Assembly (NCBI GenBank): GCA_030055525.1
Contig: JASFYJ010000001.1
Span: 26,616 to 90,615 of the forward strand
Length of the DNA stretch: 64,000 nucleotides
From: Archaeoglobales archaeon
Lineage (GTDB): Archaea; Halobacteriota; Archaeoglobi; Archaeoglobales; Archaeoglobaceae
Reading direction: 5' to 3'
Below the pieces are notes generated by a model. The model saw only the letters and a program-made list of their open reading frames with translations. It made no database searches and had not been told where the DNA came from. Shown here piece by piece: positions 47,269-55,711 of the stretch; within the stretch, counting starts at the first letter, position 1; the number at the start of each line of letters is the position of its first letter. The position numbers and the translations under genes are program-made.

Positions 47269-49866
47269 ATGCTTAGTCGGATTTTGGATGCACTAAAAGA
47301 GATAGGGATACAAAAACTAACGGAGTTTCAGATAAAAGCAAGAGAGTTGATTTTGTCAGGGAAAGATGTGATACTCGTCGCTCCTACAGGCAGCGGTAAA
47401 ACCGAAGCTGTAATAGTTCCTATCTTTGAAAAAATTCTTTGCTCTGAAAGAAAAGGTGTGTCACTTTTATACATAACTCCTCTTAGAGCTTTAAATAGAG
47501 ATATGCTCAGAAGATTATTAAAACTAGCCAATAGGTTGGGGATAAGTGTAGATGTAAGACATGGTGATACACCGAGCAGTAGGAGAAGTAAACAGTCAAA
47601 AAACCCTCCTGAAGTTATGATAACGACTCCCGAAACTTTTCAGATACTTTTTTTGGGAAAAAGATTAAAAGAAATAATAAAAAATGTTCGTTTTGTGGTT
47701 ATAGATGAAATTCACGAACTTGCCGACAGCGAGAGGGGAGCTCAGTTGACTGTTGCTTTGGAAAGACTTAAAGAGTATACAAAATTTCAAACGATTGCTT
47801 TATCTGCTACTGTGAGTGATGCCAAAAAGATAGCAAAATTTTTCGGAATGACAGCCGAAATTTTATATGGAGAAGAAGATAAATTTTACGAATTTTTTAT
47901 TTTGAGCAGTGAAGACGATATTGCAAAGATAAAAGAACTAATTGAAAAGAACCACTCAACTCTAGTTTTTGTGAACACTCGACAAACGGCAGAAGCTTTA
48001 GGAGTGAAACTAAAAGAGTTTTGCAAGGTAGAGGTTCACCATGGAAGTCTTTCGAGAGAGGCAAGGGAAGAAGCTGAAGAAAAATTTACGAAAGGGGAAC
48101 TAAAAGCTCTAATCTGCACTTCTTCAATGGAGCTCGGCATAGATGTAGGGCATGTGGATGCTGTGATACAATACAACAGTCCTAGGCAAGTGGTTAGATT
48201 ACTTCAGCGAGTCGGAAGAAGTGGACACAAGATTGGACAAGTTTCCAGAGGATTCATAGTTGCAAGCAACTTTGATGAGATAATTGAATCTGCAGCGATA
48301 GTAGATTTTGCGAAAAAAGGCATTCTTGAAGATCCGGAATTTCACTATTCAAGTTTAGACGTTATAGCAAACCAGATTTCAGCTATAGCACTTGAATATG
48401 GAAGGATAGGGGTTGAAAAACTCTACAGTATAATAAGAAGGGCAGAACCATTTAAAAATATAACGTTTGAAGATTTCGATGAGATCTGTAAATTTTTAAA
48501 CGATATTGGAAGGATATTCTACGATGGGGAGCTTGTTGCAGCAAGAAGAGCTACAAGAAAGTATTTCTATGACAATATTTCGATGATCCCAGATGAAAGG
48601 CATTACAGAGTTGTCAACATTATAAACGGTAAAAGCATAGGTGTTCTGGATGAAAGTTTTCTTTCAACATTCAGCGGAGAAGTATTTGCAATGAAGGGCG
48701 AGCTTTGGAGGGTTGTAAGTGTTGAAGACGTCGTTAAAGTTGAACCCTACACCGGAGAAGGGCAAATTCCCTCATGGGCTGGAGAAGAGATACCAGTTCC
48801 ATTTGAGATAGCACAGAGGGTTGGGGAGCTAAGAAAAGAAGTAGCAGAAAAAGGTGGTAAATTTTTAAAGGAATATGGATTGAACGATAAGGCCATTGAA
48901 AAGGTTGAAGAAGTGATAGAAGAGCACAAAAAATCCTTTCCGTTACCCACAAACAACCACATCACGATTGAGGGAGTTGGAGAGGTGGTTATAAACGCTT
49001 GCTTTGGTCATAAGGTGAACGAGGCTTTAGGAAGAATTTTGGCTCTATTGATATCTTTGAAAAAGGGCAAGAGTGTTTCAGTTGAGATAGATCCTTACAG
49101 GATCAAGCTTACACCAACAAACGCTTTGGAAGTCAAAAATATTTTGATAGATATAAAACCTGAGGATGTTGAAAGTTATGCTGAAAGAGCTTTAGTTGAT
49201 ACAAAACTGATGCAGTGGAAAGTAGTAAACGTGGCTAGAAAGTTCGGGATATTGGATAAATCAGATGATATCAGCAGGATCAATCTGAAGAACTTGGTTT
49301 TAAAGCTTAGAGATACTCCAGCCTATAGGGAGGCACTTAGAGAAATCTTTCTGGAAAAACTAGATATTAAAAGGCTTAAAACCATTTTGGAAAAGCTAGG
49401 TAGTGAAATAACTTTTTCTGTACATGAAAAGCTAAGTCCGATAAGTCTGGTAGAGCGCTCTGCCGCTTACGATATACTTTCCGTAAGATCTAACGAAGCA
49501 ATTCTTAAAGCTTTTAAAGAAAGGATAGAGAATGAAATTACAAGAGTTCGCTGTGTGAACTGTGGATCGACTTACGCTGAAAGGGTTGGCAGTTTCAGTA
49601 GATTCAGCTGTGTAAAGTGTGGTTCAAAAATGATAGCCGTCTACAACTCAAAAAGAGAGGAGCCAAAGAGGGGTGAGCTTTTAAGGATAGCAAACTTGGT
49701 AATGTGCTATGGAAAAAAGGCTGTTTACGCTTTGAACACCTACGGCATTGGAGCTGAGACTGCCGCGAGGATACTTTCGAAACATTACAGCAGCGATGAG
49801 GATTTCTTTAAAGCTTTGCTAAAGGCTGAGAGAGATTTTATCAGAACAAGAAAGTTTTGGGATTAA
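47269..49866 (+). CDS. lhr: Lhr-family ATP-dependent DEAH helicase with C-terminal zinc ribbon
   Basis: APTGSGKTEA, DEIHEL, SAT, HHGSLS and QRVGRSGH motifs. C-terminal CVNCG...CVKCG. I prefer the ATG at 47269. Confidence 0.8.
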   Translation: MLSRILDALKEIGIQKLTEFQIKARELILSGKDVILVAPTGSGKTEAVIVPIFEKILCSERKGVSLLYITPLRALNRDMLRRLLKLANRLGISVDVRHGDTPSSRRSKQSKNPPEVMITTPETFQILFLGKRLKEIIKNVRFVVIDEIHELADSERGAQLTVALERLKEYTKFQTIALSATVSDAKKIAKFFGMTAEILYGEEDKFYEFFILSSEDDIAKIKELIEKNHSTLVFVNTRQTAEALGVKLKEFCKVEVHHGSLSREAREEAEEKFTKGELKALICTSSMELGIDVGHVDAVIQYNSPRQVVRLLQRVGRSGHKIGQVSRGFIVASNFDEIIESAAIVDFAKKGILEDPEFHYSSLDVIANQISAIALEYGRIGVEKLYSIIRRAEPFKNITFEDFDEICKFLNDIGRIFYDGELVAARRATRKYFYDNISMIPDERHYRVVNIINGKSIGVLDESFLSTFSGEVFAMKGELWRVVSVEDVVKVEPYTGEGQIPSWAGEEIPVPFEIAQRVGELRKEVAEKGGKFLKEYGLNDKAIEKVEEVIEEHKKSFPLPTNNHITIEGVGEVVINACFGHKVNEALGRILALLISLKKGKSVSVEIDPYRIKLTPTNALEVKNILIDIKPEDVESYAERALVDTKLMQWKVVNVARKFGILDKSDDISRINLKNLVLKLRDTPAYREALREIFLEKLDIKRLKTILEKLGSEITFSVHEKLSPISLVERSAAYDILSVRSNEAILKAFKERIENEITRVRCVNCGSTYAERVGSFSRFSCVKCGSKMIAVYNSKREEPKRGELLRIANLVMCYGKKAVYALNTYGIGAETAARILSKHYSSDEDFFKALLKAERDFIRTRKFWD

Positions 49867-49870
49867 AAAA

Positions 49871-51706
49871 TTAAGGAATTTCTAGTTCTTTCAGTTTTTC
49901 TTTTGTTGGTACTCCATCTTTCCATCCTCTTAATCTGTAATATTCCTCTTTTAGCCTACCTATGTCAATCACCTGTCCTTTTCCAACTCCGCTTGGAAGA
50001 GGTTCGGAGAGAAGCCTTCTTGGCAAAGTATCATCTTTCCCGTCGAAGCCTAGGGAGTTTATTATCACTCTTTCTAGGTTGTAAATTCTCTCTCCGATTT
50101 TCATCAATTCTTTAGCATCTAAATTCCATCCGGTTATAGCCGAAAGCAGTTTTGCATAATCCTCAGCCCCCAAGGCGAAGGTTGTAAATAAACAATTTAC
50201 TGTCGAATTTACGACACATGTGAAGTCTTGGAATATTTTTGCAAGTTCAGCTTTTCCGTTGTAGCTTAGAGGATCATACTTCTGTGGCAATCCTACGATT
50301 TCTGCAGCGATTGTGTATCCACTAACATGGCAACCACCTCTGTTGGCAGTTGCATAGTTTATACCTATACCCTTGACTGCCCTTGGATCGTATGCGGGCA
50401 TTTCAAGAGCTTTGACGCTCATCGAAAGTTCTGGAGCTCCAAATATTTCGGCAAGCCTTTTACTTCCTAAAGCAAGATATTTCCCGAAACCAACCCTATA
50501 AGCTGTTCTCCATACTGCCTCAACAACCGCAGCAGCATTTCCAAACGATAGATCCAGACCCTGAAGCTCTTCCTTCTTTACGTAACCCTTTTCGTAAAGT
50601 TCCATTGCACATGCAATCGTCGAACCCATAGTTATGGTATCCATCCCAAATTCATCACAAAGATGGTTCGCCTTTATTATTGCTGCCAAATCCATAACGC
50701 CTGTATCATTTCCCAATGCCCAGATGCTCTCATACTCTGGCCCTTCTGTATCTAGAACTTTAAATGGTCCATCTTTTACCTCCGTAGCTCTGCCACAACC
50801 TATGCTGCATCCCCAACAAGCTACCCTTTTTCTTAAATACTTTTCAGCTAGAACTTCTCCGCTTATCTCTTCAGCCTTCTCGTTATAAGATTCTTGCCAG
50901 TTTTTGAACGGTAAAGCTCCAGAGTTGTTTATTATATTTACAAGAACGGCAGTACCGTACTTTGGCAAACCCTCTCCAGTAACCGGGTTCTTTTTAAGTT
51001 TTTCAAGTGCCTCTCTTGAATAAGCTTTAAATTCTTCCGGTTTTGCGACCTCTGGTCTTCTCTTCCCAGAAACAACTATAGCCTTCAACATCTTTGCTCC
51101 CATTATAGCTCCAACACCCGTTCTGCCCGCAGCTCTGTGCTTTTCATTTATTATGCATGCAAAATTTACTAAGTTCTCTCCAGCTGGACCAATGCATGCA
51201 ACGCTACAGTCCCCATATTTTTCAGTCAGTATACTTGTTGTATCGAAGGTATTCATTCCCCAGAGATGGGAAGCATCCTTAATTTCGGCTTTTCCATCTA
51301 CAATTTCCAAGTAAACGGGATCCTCACTGCACCCCTCGAATACTATTAAATCAAAACCGGCAAACTTCATGTAAGGTCCAAATTTTCCTCCACTGTTCGC
51401 TGATGCTATGCTTCCTGTCAATGGGCTCTTTAAAGCCATTACGTGATATCTCCCAGACTCTGGAAATCCAGCAACACCTGTTGCTGGGCCGGTGGCAAAT
51501 ATCAGAACATTTTCTTCACCTAAAGCGTCTATATCTCTCGCAGCCAATCCCTTTTTCTGGTAAGAAAGCAAATAGTCGTACAAAATTCTTAATGCATACC
51601 CTTTTCCACCCAAATACTTTCTTGCAATCTCCTCTTGCAAGGGAACCTCTTTTACAGTTCCGTCACTGAGGTTCACCTTCAAAATTTTACCAACATATCC
51701 AAACAT
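49871..51706 (-). CDS. aor: tungsten-containing aldehyde:ferredoxin oxidoreductase family enzyme
   Basis: MFGYVGKILKVNLSDG N-terminus, ACWGCSIGCG cluster region, and a size of about 610 aa. I prefer the start at 51706. Confidence 0.85.
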   Translation of the reverse strand: MFGYVGKILKVNLSDGTVKEVPLQEEIARKYLGGKGYALRILYDYLLSYQKKGLAARDIDALGEENVLIFATGPATGVAGFPESGRYHVMALKSPLTGSIASANSGGKFGPYMKFAGFDLIVFEGCSEDPVYLEIVDGKAEIKDASHLWGMNTFDTTSILTEKYGDCSVACIGPAGENLVNFACIINEKHRAAGRTGVGAIMGAKMLKAIVVSGKRRPEVAKPEEFKAYSREALEKLKKNPVTGEGLPKYGTAVLVNIINNSGALPFKNWQESYNEKAEEISGEVLAEKYLRKRVACWGCSIGCGRATEVKDGPFKVLDTEGPEYESIWALGNDTGVMDLAAIIKANHLCDEFGMDTITMGSTIACAMELYEKGYVKKEELQGLDLSFGNAAAVVEAVWRTAYRVGFGKYLALGSKRLAEIFGAPELSMSVKALEMPAYDPRAVKGIGINYATANRGGCHVSGYTIAAEIVGLPQKYDPLSYNGKAELAKIFQDFTCVVNSTVNCLFTTFALGAEDYAKLLSAITGWNLDAKELMKIGERIYNLERVIINSLGFDGKDDTLPRRLLSEPLPSGVGKGQVIDIGRLKEEYYRLRGWKDGVPTKEKLKELEIP

Positions 51707-51787
51707 AAAATCACCTATAATATTACGATTACGCATTTATAAACTTTGGCGCTCAGATTTTTATAGGGTCAAGACTAAGAGTAGAAC

Positions 51788-52054
51788 GTGAAGGTAAGGA
51801 TAGAGTTTTATGCAACTTTGCGGGAAAAGTTTGGAAGGGCGATAGAGATAGAGTGTGATGGGACCCTTTATGGAGCTTTGAAAGCAGCTGCTGAAAAGCT
51901 TGGTAAAGATTTTGAGAAGGAAGTTTTTAAGGATGACAAGATAAGAGATGATAGGATAATACTCGTGAACGGTAGAAATATAAAAGATGAAAAGATTGAA
52001 AATCTGAATGAAAATTCAAAGATTGCGATTTTCCCACCGGTGGCTGGAGGATGA
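51788..52054 (+). CDS. moaD: MoaD/ThiS-family ubiquitin-like small protein (C-terminal GG)
   Basis: 88 aa, ending ...FPPVAGG. The stop overlaps the next start. Confidence 0.75.
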   Translation: MKVRIEFYATLREKFGRAIEIECDGTLYGALKAAAEKLGKDFEKEVFKDDKIRDDRIILVNGRNIKDEKIENLNENSKIAIFPPVAGG

Positions 52055-53151
52055 AAGTTCAAATTGAGGTTACTACGAAATGCAATTTAAGTTGCGAATA
52101 CTGTTTCAGAACTGGAGAAAACGAGTTAAGTTTGGAGATAGTTGAAAAGTTGCGGGGTTTTGATGAATACGTAGTTTACGGCTATGGTGAACCATTTATG
52201 CACAAAAATATAAAAAAGATTCTTGAAAATTTAGATGGCCGGATAATTTTGAGTACAAATGGTATGTTTGATGTTTCAAATATAGCTGATTTTGCAGACG
52301 TTGTTGCCGTATCTCTTGACGTTGACAGCTCTTTAAGGAAGGGTTTTATTTACGACCTTGCTATTAAAAATTTGAAAAAGCTTGAGGGGAAAGGATTAGC
52401 CCAGATCGTTTTAACCAGAGAAAACATTTTCAGGATCAAAGATTTCTTAAGTGAGGTTGCGAGGTTTGGAGATGTTATGCTCACAAACGTCGTTGCGAAA
52501 GATGAACGGATATACGAAAAGGCTCTTTACTTCGAGATTAGTAGAAAAGTTTACGAGATTTGTAAAAACCTTGAAGAGGACTTCCTACTGAAAGTTTTAA
52601 GTGATTTTGAGTATAGAAGAAAATTTAGTATGATGCTGGAGGACATCTATGGTTGCGGCTATTCTTTAAATTTGCATCGAATAGTTGATGAAAAGAGAAG
52701 GGGTGCTGTTGCGGAGAAAGCTGAGAGATTTATTGAAGAACTCGAAGAAGTCGTCAAAATTTACGGGTCGGAGCTAATAAAACCTGAATTTTTTGGAGAC
52801 TCTAATACAAGAGAGTGCCCCTACCGGAGTTCGATATTTATTAGAGCAGATGGATCTGTTGCACCATGCATGAGTTTTGCTTACGATCATGAAGAGTTCG
52901 TAAATTCTCATCAAAAAACTGTAAAGAGTTACCTGGTTGGAAACTTGTACCATGAGGATTTTGATGAAATATACAGCAGACTTAGAGATTTTGAAAACTT
53001 TAGAAGCTCAATTAAATCCTTTCCATGGTGTTCTGATTGTCCCTATGTTGTTGGCTGTTGGTATGCGACAAGAAACATCGATTGTTACAACAATTTTCCA
53101 TCTTGTAGTGAATGTCTCTACAGTGCAAGAATTGCAAGATGCTTTTTATGA
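52051..53151 (+). CDS. radical SAM / SPASM-domain protein (putative tungsten-enzyme maturase)
   Basis: CNLSCEYC (Cx3Cx2C) at the N-terminus. The Cys-rich C-terminus (CPYRS...APCMSF...CSDCPYVVGC...CSEC) is typical of SPASM. Confidence 0.7.
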   Translation: MKVQIEVTTKCNLSCEYCFRTGENELSLEIVEKLRGFDEYVVYGYGEPFMHKNIKKILENLDGRIILSTNGMFDVSNIADFADVVAVSLDVDSSLRKGFIYDLAIKNLKKLEGKGLAQIVLTRENIFRIKDFLSEVARFGDVMLTNVVAKDERIYEKALYFEISRKVYEICKNLEEDFLLKVLSDFEYRRKFSMMLEDIYGCGYSLNLHRIVDEKRRGAVAEKAERFIEELEEVVKIYGSELIKPEFFGDSNTRECPYRSSIFIRADGSVAPCMSFAYDHEEFVNSHQKTVKSYLVGNLYHEDFDEIYSRLRDFENFRSSIKSFPWCSDCPYVVGCWYATRNIDCYNNFPSCSECLYSARIARCFL

Positions 53152-53191
53152 TTTTTGAAAAGCTTTAAAAGATTTTCCGAGTCCATTCTTC

Positions 53192-54265
53192 GTGCTTAAG
53201 ATAGCGATTTCAACACCCTACTACCCACCACATATAGGCGGCGTGGAAGTACATGCAAAAAATCTGGCTGAAAATTTAAGGAGGAAAGGACATGATGTAG
53301 TCGTAGTATCCTCTTTAGGCTCTGATTTAGTGGTTAAATGTCTTAAAATCCCCTACTCCCCAATTCCTCTAAATTTTCCAACAGTAAAAGCTGAAGTGTA
53401 CCATTCTCACATACCATCTCCTTTTTTTGCGAGGAAGTTTGCTGAAATCGCAGAAAAGGAAAGAAAACCACACGTTATTACTTACCACAACGATGTTTTA
53501 GTTCCAACAAAAGTAAATGGATATTTGGTGCCTTTTTTTGTCGCTAGGAGTATAGAAAAAATAAACGAATCGATAGTGCTAAAGTTGCTCGATAAGGCTG
53601 ATTTGATCATAGCTACAACAAAGAGTTACGCTGAAACATCTCCAATTCTCTCAAAGTTCATGGAAAAAGTTAAAATTGTTCCAAACGCTGTAAATTTGAA
53701 TGAATTCAAGCCTGGAATCGATGCAGGGCTTAGAAAGCCAACGGTCCTTTACGTTGGAAGACTCGTAGCTTACAAGGGTGTTTCAATGCTTATAAAGGCG
53801 ATGGCTGAGGTTCAGAAAGAAATTGATGCGAAGCTTGTAGTTGTAGGTGATGGCGAAGATAGGGCAGCATTTGAAAAGCTCGCTGAGAGGTTGAAAGTGA
53901 AAGCTATCTTTACTGGAAAAGTGTCAAAGCAAGAGGTTTTAAACTGGATGCAGAAAGCAAGAGTACTTGTATTGCCATCTTTTTCGAGACTTGAAGCGTT
54001 TGGAATAGTCTTGATTGAGGCTATGGCTTGTTCAACACCAGTTATTGCAGCAAACACGCCTGGTGTTTCAGAGGTTGCATTACATGGAGGTTTTGTTTTT
54101 AACGACCTTCCAGAACTTGTTGAAAAAATCAAAGAAGTCCTTTTTAAAGACACAACTGCAACAAAACTTGGTAAGTTAGGAAGGATGGCTGTAGAGCAAA
54201 AGTTCAACTGGGAAATCGTAACGAATCAAATAGAGCAGCTGTATTTTGAAGTCGCTGGTGTTTAG
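53192..54265 (+). CDS. GT4-family glycosyltransferase
   Basis: N-terminal PHIGGVEVH and C-terminal EAFGIVLIEAMACSTPVIA (E-x7-E). Confidence 0.8.
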   Translation: MLKIAISTPYYPPHIGGVEVHAKNLAENLRRKGHDVVVVSSLGSDLVVKCLKIPYSPIPLNFPTVKAEVYHSHIPSPFFARKFAEIAEKERKPHVITYHNDVLVPTKVNGYLVPFFVARSIEKINESIVLKLLDKADLIIATTKSYAETSPILSKFMEKVKIVPNAVNLNEFKPGIDAGLRKPTVLYVGRLVAYKGVSMLIKAMAEVQKEIDAKLVVVGDGEDRAAFEKLAERLKVKAIFTGKVSKQEVLNWMQKARVLVLPSFSRLEAFGIVLIEAMACSTPVIAANTPGVSEVALHGGFVFNDLPELVEKIKEVLFKDTTATKLGKLGRMAVEQKFNWEIVTNQIEQLYFEVAGV

Positions 54266-54266
54266 A

Positions 54267-54608
54267 CTAAACTCTGATCTCTGCCCACTTGTCAGCGTTT
54301 TCCGCAACTCTTACTCTTACAACGTTCAGGCCGATCTTTTTCAGTTCTTTAAAGATGTAGATCGCTATGTTCTCCGAGGTTGGAACATCTATCACTTCAT
54401 TTATAAGGCTGTGATCAAACTTCTCTATAACTTCTCTGAGCACCTTCTTTAGATCAAAAAAGTCTATGACCATTCCATTTTTTAGCTCTCCTTCAACTTC
54501 TACACTAACTAAGAAGTTATGTCCATGTATTTTTCCACATTTCTTATGCCCGGGAATGGAATGGGCAGCGCTGAAACTTTCTGTAACCCCTACAACGACT
54601 TTCATCAT
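54267..54608 (-). CDS. queD: 6-carboxy-5,6,7,8-tetrahydropterin synthase
   Basis: SAAHSIPGH...CGKIHGHNF motif. Length is 113 aa. Confidence 0.85.
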   Translation of the reverse strand: MMKVVVGVTESFSAAHSIPGHKKCGKIHGHNFLVSVEVEGELKNGMVIDFFDLKKVLREVIEKFDHSLINEVIDVPTSENIAIYIFKELKKIGLNVVRVRVAENADKWAEIRV

Positions 54609-55297
54609 CTCACCCCTATCAACTTGTGAACCTGTGGAATCACTCGCACATCTGCGAACTCCATCATCTCCTTCTGCAGTTTAAAAATTTTTTCAAGTCT
54701 AGAGCCAAAAACAGGTTGTAAAACGAAGCAGACAACATAGTCCTTTATCTGCATAGCCGAATTCTTTACTTCCTCTAAATCGAATTCTGATGGCAGAACG
54801 ATCTTACAGAACGTTAACCTGTTTCTTCTGTTTCTCAGAATTTTAAAACATCTAAAGGTGTTCTCGAGCAATTTTTCATAGTTTTTTACTCCAGACTCCC
54901 TAACTTTAAGGTCTCCAGCCACAAAATCGAAAAATTTCAGCTTTTTTGCGTTTTCTGGCAAACTCATGTTCGATTCAAGATAGAACGGCTTACTTTTATT
55001 TATTTTTTTTATGAAATCTGCGTGAAGTAAAGGTTCTCCACCGGTGAAGCTTACGGAATGCACTTTTGCAGAATCTATAACCTTTTGTATGTATCCCAAG
55101 GAAATGGGATTTTTTATGACCTCTCCGTTGGTATGGTTAACACAAAAATCTGATTCCTTGATCGTATCGCAGTAGTAGCAGTTCAGATTGCAGCCGCAGA
55201 ACCTTAAAAAGAGCTGTCTAACTCCAACTAATATCCCCTCACCCTGTATCGATTCGAAGATCTCACTCAGGCGGGTTCCTATATCTTCATTTTTCAC
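54605..55297 (-). CDS. queE: 7-carboxy-7-deazaguanine synthase (radical SAM)
   Basis: ESIQGEG and CNLNCYYCDT motifs. It overlaps the queD start. Confidence 0.85.
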   Translation of the reverse strand: MKNEDIGTRLSEIFESIQGEGILVGVRQLFLRFCGCNLNCYYCDTIKESDFCVNHTNGEVIKNPISLGYIQKVIDSAKVHSVSFTGGEPLLHADFIKKINKSKPFYLESNMSLPENAKKLKFFDFVAGDLKVRESGVKNYEKLLENTFRCFKILRNRRNRLTFCKIVLPSEFDLEEVKNSAMQIKDYVVCFVLQPVFGSRLEKIFKLQKEMMEFADVRVIPQVHKLIGVR

Positions 55298-55563
55298 GTT
55301 AGATCTCCGAGCTCTAGTTATATTAATCTCGCCTTCGAACTTGAGAGATTAAGGCTTGGTTTGTAATCGAGAGGTCTTGAGGTTTTGAATTTCGTCTCTT
55401 GAAAGTTCAGTTAAAGATTTACAACAACTTCTTCGAATTCTATATTGAAACTGTTCAAAATTTAGGATCTTTTAGCAAATTTAATTTCTCGGATTTTTAA
55501 AATCCAATGCGCATTTGAGTTAGGGGAAAGATTGAAATATCCTGAGTTCTTACAAAAACTTGA

Positions 55564-55638
55564 AGCGGGGTGGGGTAGTCAGGTGATCCCGGCGGGCTCA
55601 TAACCCGCAGATCCGTGGTTCAAATCCACGCCCCGCTA
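55564..55638 (+). tRNA. initiator tRNA-Met (anticodon CAT)
   Basis: A1:U72 acceptor pair (AGCGGGG/CCCCGCU), discriminator A, three G:C pairs closing the anticodon loop (GCGGG-CUCAUAA-CCCGC), and T arm CGUGG-UUCAAAU-CCACG. Confidence 0.9.
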
Positions 55639-55711
55639 TGAGCTTTGCATCCTCCCACCCCCTATTTTAAACCTTAGAAACAAATTTAAGCAGCTGCTCG
55701 ACATAAGTTTA

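Noticed and set aside
55298-55563. A 266-bp spacer upstream of initiator tRNA with short inverted repeats (for example GGATTTT-T-AAAATCC at 55491-55505, and TCTC...GAGA motifs). I checked it for CRISPR or repeat arrays and for tRNA-linked integration scars.
   Set aside because: No unit is repeated in tandem. The palindromes are AT-rich and short, as expected by chance. No duplicated tRNA 3' segment (att-like) was found for either tRNA in the window, and there is no integrase or other mobile-element gene.
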